Shown in pieces: positions 51,954 through 61,836 of a DNA stretch of 64,000 bases (its first letter is position 1; every line of letters begins with the position of its first letter). The stretch is from the NCBI GenBank assembly GCA_963674735.2, contig CAXXQS010000002.1:1152001-1216000 (forward strand), read 5' to 3'. The stretch is from Myxococcota bacterium. GTDB lineage: Bacteria; Myxococcota_A; SURF-8. The translations under genes and the position numbers were made by a program. The notes beneath the pieces are model-generated. The model saw only the letters and a list, made by a program, of their open reading frames with translations, did not search any database and was not told the DNA's origin.

Positions 51954-53597
51954 TCAAGGTGTCGGGGGTGTTTGGCTTCCGGGCGGAGGTCCGGCGATGT
52001 TTTGTACGGCCTTGAGGACGGCCTCTCTGATGGTTTCAAACAGCACGGCATGACCGGCGACATTGGGATGGGAGTCGCCGCTGGGGGTGCAGTTTTCGAC
52101 TCCGTCGATCAGCTTGCGTGCCACCAGCGGGACGAAACCGTTGTGGCTGGCGGCGGCGATCATGCGTGGATCGGGATCGCGCCCCATATCCTGCACGATC
52201 AGAGCGATTTTCGGGCCTTTAAACAAATGGGCCGCTTTCGCCAAGGTGATGTCCATCGCCTGAAAGCCCTCCGCTTCAAATTCTGGGATTCGTTCGGGGG
52301 TGGCGAGCGGCTTGAGCAAGATCATGCTTAAATACTTTGACGTATAGGGCATATGGGGGATTCGAATGTGCATGGGCCAACGGTAAACGATTTCGCCGTT
52401 TTCCAAGTAGGGGCGTAGGGTCATGATACTGTCGAGACCGCCGTCCTTTTCGTATCGATACGAGTTGTCTTTGGGGTCGGAAGGGTGGAATTGCCAGAGA
52501 AGAATGTCGGGATCGAAGGTCATGCACTCATGTTTGAAACGCAGATACTGCTGTGTGGTTCCGTAACCATAAGCGCCGAAGGCCAAAACCTGCACTCGAT
52601 AACCGAGCGTGTTCAGATACCGTTCCAGCAATTGAAAAAACGGCTTGCCATCCGAGACGGTGGCGGCGTCCGTCCAGGAATCGCCGAAGACGCAGATTCG
52701 CAGGGTGCCGGGTGGCTTGATCGATTTGAATTCCCGGGTACTGCGCATGCCGAGAGAATTATAAGTTCTGGTGACGTTGCCGTAGCACACCCGGTCTTCA
52801 TGAAACTGATTGGGCCCACGCACTACCCACCCGAAGACGGGATGGGTGATGCCACCGACATGGGAGTCGGCCAGTAGAATGGTTTTGACGGCGTATTCGG
52901 TCAGAGCCAGCAAGCCGAGCAAATAGACGGCAAACAAACACGATAATCCTATGCGCCGGAGCAAGGCAAAAAGGCGGCGCCTATCTCCCGAGATTCGTGG
53001 CCATAAAAGCCATACAAACGGAGTGCTGACGACCAGAAGCACGAACAAAATAGGTATGACGATAACGAGGACGCCGAAGGGCCCGTCAAGGATGGGGAAT
53101 TCATCTGTCCAGTACTGAGGCTTGGTTTTGAGTGTATTCAGGGTCATTTTCAACTGATCGGCGGTGTGTTGCAGGCTTTCACGCCGTTGAAATCTCGTTT
53201 GCAAAGATGTGAAAGGATTGACGCCGCCTTCGAGTTCGAAGGTCTTCAGGCGGGTTTCGATCGAGGCCAGAAGAGCGTCGTCCACTTCATGTCCGAGGCC
53301 GGCTTGCACGGCCAAGTCGCGGGTTTTGTAGCGACTCTGCGGAGCGTGCGCCAGCGGATTGATTTCGACAAGCGTTTCATCGCGACCATCGGTCAGGTGA
53401 AGCCGGATATATTCATGATGAACGTCGAGGGTGGTGAGGGACCATTCGTCCACCTTCTCGCCGCTTTGAAAGGGGAACGACGAGGCGTCCCAGGGCTCGC
53501 TGAAAAGCGGATGGATCCAATACAGGGCAGCTGCGAGGGCTGCAAGCAGGATTGCTATCCCGCCGACGAGTATCCCGCGCACGATTTTAGTTTTCAT
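51954..53597 (-). CDS. SGNH/GDSL hydrolase-domain membrane protein
   Basis: Three TM segments; NSLGMR, CVFGDSWT, FGAYGYGTTQQ, GDSHPNVAGH. Confidence 0.85.
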   Translation of the reverse strand: MKTKIVRGILVGGIAILLAALAAALYWIHPLFSEPWDASSFPFQSGEKVDEWSLTTLDVHHEYIRLHLTDGRDETLVEINPLAHAPQSRYKTRDLAVQAGLGHEVDDALLASIETRLKTFELEGGVNPFTSLQTRFQRRESLQHTADQLKMTLNTLKTKPQYWTDEFPILDGPFGVLVIVIPILFVLLVVSTPFVWLLWPRISGDRRRLFALLRRIGLSCLFAVYLLGLLALTEYAVKTILLADSHVGGITHPVFGWVVRGPNQFHEDRVCYGNVTRTYNSLGMRSTREFKSIKPPGTLRICVFGDSWTDAATVSDGKPFFQLLERYLNTLGYRVQVLAFGAYGYGTTQQYLRFKHECMTFDPDILLWQFHPSDPKDNSYRYEKDGGLDSIMTLRPYLENGEIVYRWPMHIRIPHMPYTSKYLSMILLKPLATPERIPEFEAEGFQAMDITLAKAAHLFKGPKIALIVQDMGRDPDPRMIAAASHNGFVPLVARKLIDGVENCTPSGDSHPNVAGHAVLFETIREAVLKAVQNIAGPPPGSQTPPTP

Positions 53598-53610
53598 GAG
53601 CCACCTGATT

Positions 53611-53643
53611 AAAAAAAACGCGCCGGTCGTGAAACAGGCGCGT
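53611..53643 (-). terminator. Intrinsic terminator
   Basis: Minus strand ACGCGCC...GGCGCGT plus T run after the 53665 gene. Confidence 0.65.
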
Positions 53644-53664
53644 GGGAAAACGGATTAGGGTCGC

Positions 53665-54759
53665 TTATTCGTCGGCACCCTCAAGCTGCTGAAGCTCGGT
53701 TTCGTCCACCTCGCGAAACTGGATCAGTCCCGAGGGAGACCGTTCATCACCGGCTTCGGTCCAGCGGACGCGTTGCTTGTACTGCAACGTGCTGGTAATG
53801 TCGGCACCCGGATTTTCTTCCCAGGCTTCCATCTCGACGAGCTTCTGTTCCACCTTGGCCATGCTGGCCGAATCGCCTTTTTGTTTGTAAAGCTGGTAGA
53901 GAACCTTATAGTTTTCCAGGTCGTGCGGATTCATTTTAATGGCTTTACGCATGGCGGCAATCGAGTTGTTGTAGCGCTTGGCGGCCATTTCGAAAGCCGC
54001 ATATTCTTTGGCGAATTCCGCGCTGGGATTGGTGGCCATCACCTGCTTGAAAATCGGCGTGGCGCGTTGGCCCGCTCCGGAGGCGCAGGCGCTGCGCCAG
54101 GCGTTCATCAGCACCATGCCCTTTTCGTCTTTGCTCAGCTTGCCGGTACCGAGGAATCCCACTACTACGGCGACGTTCAGGGTCAAGGTTTTTTTGCCGT
54201 CATCCTCGCGGTTGAGAACGAAGAACGTATAATTGCCGAGAAGCTTTTCGGGCACTTTGCCGAACTTGCGGACGGCGAATTCTTTCATGGCGCGTTCGTA
54301 GATTTCGCCCTGGCATTTTTCGTGGCGAGCGCGGAAGGTGGGCGCTTTGCAGACATGTTTGAAGTTGGCCGAAACCATATACTTCATTTCGCGCAGGGCC
54401 TCCTGGTCGCGATTGGTCTGGACAGTGGCCACCATGCCGCCGTCTTGCAGGGCTTTCGCGCCGAGCACCTTGGCGTCGATTTCTTCCACCTGTTCGGTTT
54501 TGAACATTTCGTAGGGACCGACCCGCAGATAGGTAAACTCGATGGCGCGCGGTTTGGTCAGTGCGGCCGCTTCCAGAAGCGCTTGGTGAGTGGCGATTTC
54601 CTCGGCGTTTTCGCCCCAGCCGTAACCCTTGGTGAAAACCTGTGGGAAGGGTCTGATTTTTTTGTATTCCACCTTGGGAACACCCGAACAGCCGATGAAA
54701 GCAGTCGCCAGAACGGCAACGAACACAGCCGTCAACGCGGTCATTACGACCTTATACAT
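53665..54759 (-). CDS. Lipoprotein with C-terminal TPR-like helices
   Basis: Lipobox-like FIGC-SG; SIAAMRKAIKMNPHDLENYKVLYQLY; RBS AGGAGG. Confidence 0.72.
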   Translation of the reverse strand: MYKVVMTALTAVFVAVLATAFIGCSGVPKVEYKKIRPFPQVFTKGYGWGENAEEIATHQALLEAAALTKPRAIEFTYLRVGPYEMFKTEQVEEIDAKVLGAKALQDGGMVATVQTNRDQEALREMKYMVSANFKHVCKAPTFRARHEKCQGEIYERAMKEFAVRKFGKVPEKLLGNYTFFVLNREDDGKKTLTLNVAVVVGFLGTGKLSKDEKGMVLMNAWRSACASGAGQRATPIFKQVMATNPSAEFAKEYAAFEMAAKRYNNSIAAMRKAIKMNPHDLENYKVLYQLYKQKGDSASMAKVEQKLVEMEAWEENPGADITSTLQYKQRVRWTEAGDERSPSGLIQFREVDETELQQLEGADE

Positions 54760-54902
54760 ACCAACCTCCTTTTATCCCCGAAAAGGCATTTCAATATCTG
54801 ATGTAAATGTCTCGATTGTGCACCCTCATTGTATTCTCCCTTATACTCTTTGTCCGACGAGACTGTCAAATATTGTCGTGGCTGTGGGAACGGGAGGGCG
54901 GG

Positions 54903-56351
54903 CTAATCCAACTCGCTGCCGCGCATCAGGCGGCGGATGCGTTCGGGTTCGGCGGAGACGCGCAGGGACTTGTGCCCCGATAGAAGCACCTGGCCGGGAG
55001 GGGCGTTTTTGGCTTTTTTCAGCTTGCGCACGCGGGCGTAGATCACCTCGACCGGTCCGCCGCGCGCTTTGGAGTAATGCGCCGCCAGTGTGGCCGCATC
55101 GATGAGCGTTTCGGGATCGAGTTGTGCGCCGCGTGCCATGGGCACCACCACGTGCGAGCCGGCGTAGCCCGAGGCGTGCAGCCAGAAGTCGTCGCCGCGA
55201 CTGAGGCGGAAGGTGAGCAGGTCGTTGTCCTTGCCGGAGCGGCCCACGCGGATCTCGCGTCCGGTTTCGGAGGTGAAGCGCCGGAACGGTTGTCGTTCCG
55301 ATGGTTTACGGCGTTTGGCCGATATGTTCGAGGCCGCGTCCAAACCGAGTTCGGCCCAGACGGCTTCAAGTTCCTCGGGGTCGTCGCTTTTCATCCGAGT
55401 AGCCAGGTCGTCGAGACGCGCGCCTTCGGCCTCCAGTTCGGCCAGCCGGGCGGCGGCGCTGGACTGGCCGCGCTCGCCTTTTTTGGCTTTGGCGTAGTAG
55501 GCGGCCATGTTGTCGCCGCGACTGCGCGCCGGATCGAGAGTAACGCGTAGCGGCTCGCCACCATCGATCAGGTCGTCGAGGATTACCTCGCGTTGACCCG
55601 GCTTGAGGGCGTGAAAATGCACCTGCAGCAGGTCGCCGATTTTGCGCCACTCGGGGGCGCGCTCGCAGGTGGCCAGGTCGCGTTTGACGGCCTCGATGGC
55701 GCGCCGGTTGCGTTTGCGCAGACGCCGCAGCGTGCGAGCGGCTTGGTGTTGGCGGCTGTCCTGCGATTGCCCGCCCGACAGTGCGCCGTAATGTTGTGCG
55801 GCTCCGGCGTTGGCGGGGAAGGGGGCGTCGTCGCAGGCGTCGAAACGCAATTCCGGTGTTTTGTCATAGGGATGCGCTGCCGGGGGCTGGTAGATCTGTC
55901 CCGTCGTCAGCGGTCGCTTTTGCGAATGATTGGGGCGCAGGCTGCCCAGAATCACGCCGTCGGCATCGAGCAGGAAGAGATTGGCGTGCCGTCCGGTTAA
56001 CTCGGCTACGAGCCGGTAATCGCGAATCGTTTCGTCGTTTCTGGTGCGGAAATCGAGGGTGACGACGCGCTCGCCCGCTTCGCTGGTAAGCGCCATCAGG
56101 CGCGACGGAAGGATGCGGCTGCGATTCAACATGGCGAAAGCGAAGGGCTTGGGCGGGTTGGGCGGACGGCGCTCGATGAGGTGCAGGCGCGAGAGGTCGT
56201 CTTCGGCGCTGATCAGCAGCAGACCGTTTGCGCCCGGGATGCGCAGATCGAGAATCAGTGCGCCGGGGCTCGGCTGGTGGATGCCCTGCACCTGCGCCCC
56301 TTCGAAGTGGGCCAACTCGGCGCACACCGCCGCAATCTCAAGCCAATTCAT
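54903..56351 (-). CDS. NFACT family (RqcH/Rqc2/FbpA-like) protein
   Basis: NFACT-N (LVAELTGRHANLFL), coiled coil (YYAKAKK), NFACT-R (VGRSGKDNDLLT, DFWLHA...GSHVVV, AATLAAHYSK). Confidence 0.9.
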   Translation of the reverse strand: MNWLEIAAVCAELAHFEGAQVQGIHQPSPGALILDLRIPGANGLLLISAEDDLSRLHLIERRPPNPPKPFAFAMLNRSRILPSRLMALTSEAGERVVTLDFRTRNDETIRDYRLVAELTGRHANLFLLDADGVILGSLRPNHSQKRPLTTGQIYQPPAAHPYDKTPELRFDACDDAPFPANAGAAQHYGALSGGQSQDSRQHQAARTLRRLRKRNRRAIEAVKRDLATCERAPEWRKIGDLLQVHFHALKPGQREVILDDLIDGGEPLRVTLDPARSRGDNMAAYYAKAKKGERGQSSAAARLAELEAEGARLDDLATRMKSDDPEELEAVWAELGLDAASNISAKRRKPSERQPFRRFTSETGREIRVGRSGKDNDLLTFRLSRGDDFWLHASGYAGSHVVVPMARGAQLDPETLIDAATLAAHYSKARGGPVEVIYARVRKLKKAKNAPPGQVLLSGHKSLRVSAEPERIRRLMRGSELD

Positions 56352-56363
56352 CGCCGCCAAGGG

Positions 56364-57629
56364 TCAAGCTCCTGTTTGAGAGGGGGAGGGTTTCAGCGAA
56401 TCGAGGATGCGTTGATCGAGTTGTTGGGTCAGCGCATCCATATTTTGGCATTTCGGATCGTTCGCCAGTTTGTCAATCACCGCCAGAAGAATTCTACGGC
56501 ACATCGAAAGAGCTTCCATGCGGAAGGTTTCGGGGTTTTCAATGAGTTGTTTCTTGTTTTTCTTTATCTCTTCGATCTTTTTACCGTTGTGAACGATTTC
56601 GCTTCGGATATCGTAAAGCCGTTTTAGGAATTCCATCGTTTTTCCGGGATTATCCCGTTCCAGCAAAGCGGCCCCCCGAAGGCTTAATCGGTATTTCAAT
56701 TCATCATGTGTTCCATGAAGCAGCAAAGATTCGAGTGCAATCGTAATATCGATGACGCTGTCTTCCACGCGAAGCCGAGAATAAGCAAAGGAAAAGCGGC
56801 TGAGTGGGGTTTCAAGTTTATCGCCGATTTTTCCAAGATCCCGGTAGGTTTGGCGGATGCGATTGAGCTTGGTAGTATCTAGTGTGAAATTCGGACGGAG
56901 ATTTGAATACTGTGAAATCATGAATTCTGGAGGAATAATTGAAATGCCTAGGCTTCTACTTTTAGCGCATGTAAAGTAATGTTGGCGTTGAAAAATAATA
57001 GGAAATATCCCCCCAAAAACCTCGTCATTATCTAAGCTTATTCTTATTGAACGCAATAACAGTACAATATCTGGGATCAAATATTTATCGTATATTGCAT
57101 TTTTAGAGCTCGAAAAATCATGAATAATATTGTATTTTGCTTCGGAAAAAGAAAATATCGATAAATGGCCTCCTGAAACGAAATGATCAATTATTCTTTG
57201 CTTTTCGTATTCAGCTAGTTCAGATATGTAAAAATCATCAATAATTTTATATTCTTCGTTCGCAATTCCCTTTAATCCTTGTATTGGAATGATTAGCCGA
57301 TAATCAACATGATCTGATATGAGATATTCTCGATATTCCTTTAATGCTCTGTGAACAATATCTGGATCGAAATTGCTAGTTGGATTTAGTGAGATAATCC
57401 TGTCGACTAAATATTGTGGGAGCGCAGGGAAGCCGTTATTAGCGAATTTCTCTAATTCGGATCGTAAACTTATTGCAGTATTCTGATTGAAAAAATTGGT
57501 ATCTTCTCTTTTCAGCTTTGCACAAAAAAACGATTCTTCATCCGTAATATCCGGCCTATCCCAGGTGTGCGAATACTTTTCGTAGTATTCCCGCACGAAT
57601 TCGATCAATTGGGGGAGCAGCTCGGACAT
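56364..57629 (-). CDS. ApeA-like HEPN domain protein
   Basis: DITIALESLL...ELKYRLSLRGAALL...LYDIRSEIVHNG with the HEPN Rx4H motif (RSEIVH); N-terminal two-thirds strongly AT-rich. Confidence 0.8.
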   Translation of the reverse strand: MSELLPQLIEFVREYYEKYSHTWDRPDITDEESFFCAKLKREDTNFFNQNTAISLRSELEKFANNGFPALPQYLVDRIISLNPTSNFDPDIVHRALKEYREYLISDHVDYRLIIPIQGLKGIANEEYKIIDDFYISELAEYEKQRIIDHFVSGGHLSIFSFSEAKYNIIHDFSSSKNAIYDKYLIPDIVLLLRSIRISLDNDEVFGGIFPIIFQRQHYFTCAKSRSLGISIIPPEFMISQYSNLRPNFTLDTTKLNRIRQTYRDLGKIGDKLETPLSRFSFAYSRLRVEDSVIDITIALESLLLHGTHDELKYRLSLRGAALLERDNPGKTMEFLKRLYDIRSEIVHNGKKIEEIKKNKKQLIENPETFRMEALSMCRRILLAVIDKLANDPKCQNMDALTQQLDQRILDSLKPSPSQTGA

Positions 57630-57746
57630 ACCGACCGCCTTTCCGTTGTTTTGTGAGGAACGCTTTTCGATTTCCTCGACATCAAACCCGGCTTGTTTGA
57701 CCTCACCCGCCGGTCTTCGGTTGTCCGCGAAGCGGAGGGGTGAGAG

Positions 57747-57762
57747 TGCCGAAACCGTGCCA
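57747..57762 (-). promoter_or_regulatory. Possible sigma54 (-24/-12) promoter upstream of the HEPN gene
   Basis: Minus strand TGGCAC-GGTTT-CGGCA: GG and GC at the correct spacing, but CG replaces the usual TT. Confidence 0.35.
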
Positions 57763-57767
57763 TTCCC

Positions 57768-57804
57768 AAAGCAAACACGGCCCGCCGGTGGGGCGGACCG
57801 CGTG
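57768..57804 (-). terminator. Probable terminator after kbl
   Basis: Minus strand CGGTCCGCC...GGCGGGCCG hairpin followed by TGTTTGCTTT. Confidence 0.55.
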
Positions 57805-57825
57805 TGTCGAATCCGTGAATATCCT

Positions 57826-59016
<1,191 letters not shown>

Positions 59017-59061
59017 CCTGCGCTCCTTTGAGTTGTGAACGACGGCATAAAAGCCCTGCGG

Positions 59062-60105
59062 TCAGAGGTTCAACACCACCTTGCCGCAGCGGCCGGTTTG
59101 CATAAGCTCGAAGCCTTTTTCGTAGTCGTTGAAGTCGAATTGGTGCGTCACCAGCGGCTCGACGTTCAACCGCCCCGAGCGCAACAGTCCGCGCATCTTG
59201 AACCACGAGTCCCAGATGCGTCGCCCGGTGATGCCGTAAATGGACAGCGACCGGAAGACTACATCCTCGGCGAAGTTGACGGGAATGTCGGAATTGGGGA
59301 TGCCGATCATCACCACTTCGCCGCCTAGTTTGGCCGACTTGATGGCCGCCTGAATCGAGGCCCGCGCCCCGGCGATTTCCAGTACCACGTCGGCCCCGAA
59401 GCCGCCGGTTGCGCCCATGACATACTCCACCGGGTCGTGCTCGGTGACCTTCACCACGTCGTCGGCTCCGGCCTGGCGCGCAAGGCCCAGGCGGTAGTCG
59501 TTGTCGAGTCCGAAGACGATGATACGCGCTGCGCCGATGGCTTTCAGGATGGCCACGGCCAGCAGTCCGACGGGGCCGTCGCCGAAGACGACCACGGTCT
59601 TGGCGACGCAGTCGGTGCGGAAAACGGTGTGGATGGCGTTGCCCAGCGGATCCTGAACCGCTGCCACGTGCGGGGGTAGCTCCGGATCGTTCTTCCAGAT
59701 GTTGCGTTCGGGTAAAACGAAGTATTCGGCGAACACGCCGTCGACGTCGTAACCGATGCCTTTCCAGGAATAGCAGACGTGTCCGAGACCCGTGCGGCAG
59801 TTGTCGCAGCGTCCGCAGACCAGATGGCCTTCGCCCGAGACGTATTCACCCACTTTCGTATGGTGCACTTCCGGACCGAGAGCGGCCACCTCGGCGGCGA
59901 ATTCGTGGCCGATGATGCGCGGTGTCTGCACCCGGTGTTGCGACCAGGCGTCCCAATTGTAAATGTGCAGATCGGTGCCGCAGATGGCGACGCAGCGGTT
60001 TTTCAACAGCACCTCGCCCACGCCCGGCTCGGGGATCGGAACGTCTTGAAATTCCAGCCCTCCGGGTTGCGGATGGGCCTTGACGATGGCTTTCATCATA
60101 CTCAT
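59062..60105 (-). CDS. tdh: L-threonine 3-dehydrogenase
   Basis: ICGTDLHIYNWD, GHEF, CGRCDNC...C, DPLGNAIH, GITGR, GKVVL; adjacent to kbl. Confidence 0.95.
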   Translation of the reverse strand: MSMMKAIVKAHPQPGGLEFQDVPIPEPGVGEVLLKNRCVAICGTDLHIYNWDAWSQHRVQTPRIIGHEFAAEVAALGPEVHHTKVGEYVSGEGHLVCGRCDNCRTGLGHVCYSWKGIGYDVDGVFAEYFVLPERNIWKNDPELPPHVAAVQDPLGNAIHTVFRTDCVAKTVVVFGDGPVGLLAVAILKAIGAARIIVFGLDNDYRLGLARQAGADDVVKVTEHDPVEYVMGATGGFGADVVLEIAGARASIQAAIKSAKLGGEVVMIGIPNSDIPVNFAEDVVFRSLSIYGITGRRIWDSWFKMRGLLRSGRLNVEPLVTHQFDFNDYEKGFELMQTGRCGKVVLNL

Positions 60106-60303
60106 CGATTTACCTCGTTGCGGTGGGAATGCCTTGCGCAAACCCTTCAACATCCCTTGTTTGGCCGATCAGCGGTCGACGCGCCGCCATTCTACCCCAA
60201 GCGCAAAACGAGTCAAACGAAAACGAAGTCCGTTTCGAGTGAGGGAAAGCGATGGTTTTTCGAAAATCGACAGCCTCATTAGTGGGTCCGGGATTGGATC
60301 GGC

Positions 60304-61284
60304 TTAGAGATCGGGCGGGGTTCCGACGCCTTCATTGACCAGTTTCTGTGTGACGATCGCATCTTTCTGTTCGATCAGGTAGTCCACCACTTCGGGGCAT
60401 TTCGTGATGCGTTGGGCACAACCCTTGTTGTTTCCGCCGATTATGGTTTCGTAGTGGGCCAGTGTATGATCGATGCCCTTATGCAGCAGACTCGTCCCGG
60501 CCCCATCCGGAAGCGCCTGCGCCTGTTCTTTGAGTGCGGCGATCATCGACTCGCCCGACGCATAATCGCAGAGCAGATCGATTTCCATGCTGGCAAGCAG
60601 GCGGCACGACTCGAAGTGGTAAAGCTGCGCATCGGAAGGAATGTCGCCGATTCCGCGAACGGCCTGCGCGCAGTTTCCGGCGTAAGCCGCCGCTTCGGAT
60701 TGGTTGTTGAGGCACATGGAGATGAGTTGTCCCAGGCGTTCGTACTCTTTAAAGGCGCGCAAAATGGCTTTGCAGCGCTCCGCCTGCTCCGTCGTCCGAC
60801 CCGCCATGAAATAGCGGAAAAAATAGGCGAGTTCGGCGGTCATGTCCGCGCAGTCGCTTTGAGTGGCCGACTGTTTGTGGATCTCGGTCAGCCAGTCGTC
60901 TATTTTGCGAGACGAGCAGGTGCTGTCGCCGGCTTGCAGGCAGATGCCCAGGCGGCGGATCAAAAGCAGTCGCCGTTCTTTGGGATCGAGCTTGGTTTGG
61001 GCCTCGAACGTGTCGATGCGGACCAATTCCTCTTTGGCCAGCTGATGGCGCAATGAATTCGGCTGCTGACTCCAGAATCCCCGCGGGCGCGGCGCCCGTT
61101 CCCAACTGGTGGATTGGTTCAAAAATTCGGTCAGTTCGCTTGATAATTCCGCATCGGCCTGCTTGGCTGAATCCTTGTCGGACAGCCGGGACGACGGCGA
61201 CTCCAGCCACCATGAAACGGCGGCAGCCAGGAGCAAACCGGCCACAACCACGACTGACAGAATCGCTGCTTGGCGTTTCGTCAT
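60304..61284 (-). CDS. Hypothetical membrane-anchored helical protein
   Basis: N-terminal TM/signal, helical Cys-containing body, RBS GGAG; no family recognised. Confidence 0.6.
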   Translation of the reverse strand: MTKRQAAILSVVVVAGLLLAAAVSWWLESPSSRLSDKDSAKQADAELSSELTEFLNQSTSWERAPRPRGFWSQQPNSLRHQLAKEELVRIDTFEAQTKLDPKERRLLLIRRLGICLQAGDSTCSSRKIDDWLTEIHKQSATQSDCADMTAELAYFFRYFMAGRTTEQAERCKAILRAFKEYERLGQLISMCLNNQSEAAAYAGNCAQAVRGIGDIPSDAQLYHFESCRLLASMEIDLLCDYASGESMIAALKEQAQALPDGAGTSLLHKGIDHTLAHYETIIGGNNKGCAQRITKCPEVVDYLIEQKDAIVTQKLVNEGVGTPPDL

Positions 61285-61287
61285 GGC

Positions 61288-61803
61288 TTATCTCTCCGTT
61301 TTGCGGGGTTGACCATAGCGATCGGCGAATACTTTCGTCGGGTCGTACTGGCTGCGCGCGGGCGGGTTTTCGGCGGGATAGCCCAGCGGGATCAACGCCG
61401 CCGGAAGCTTGTCGTCGGGCAGCCCGATGGCGGCGCGGACGCCCCGGATGCGGTCGGCATCTTTCATACCCAGCCACACCGCGCCCAGTCCCATCGTGGT
61501 GGCGGCCAGCAGCAGGTTTTCGATGGCGGCGGCGACGTCCTGTTCCCAGTATTTGTGTGTCGGGTCGGAGGCGATCACCGCGATGGCCACCGGTGCTTCC
61601 GCAATCATTTTCCCGTAGGGATGCGCCTGGGCGACGGCCTGCCGGACGGCGGGATCGCGTAACACGACGAATTCCCAATCCTGTCGGTTGTTGGCCGAAG
61701 GCGCGGCCATGGCGGCTTGTAAAAGATCGGTTACCATTGTATCCGATATGTCCCGCTCGGTGTAGCGCCGGATCGAGCGACGTTTGTAAATCCAGTCCAA
61801 CAT
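61288..61803 (-). CDS. Nitroreductase family protein
   Basis: RRSIRRY, AAPSANNRQDW, ENLLLAA...GLGAVWLG, LGYP. Confidence 0.95.
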   Translation of the reverse strand: MLDWIYKRRSIRRYTERDISDTMVTDLLQAAMAAPSANNRQDWEFVVLRDPAVRQAVAQAHPYGKMIAEAPVAIAVIASDPTHKYWEQDVAAAIENLLLAATTMGLGAVWLGMKDADRIRGVRAAIGLPDDKLPAALIPLGYPAENPPARSQYDPTKVFADRYGQPRKTER

Positions 61804-61836
61804 GGGGTGTTCTCCTGCAGAGTCGGGTCGGAGCCG

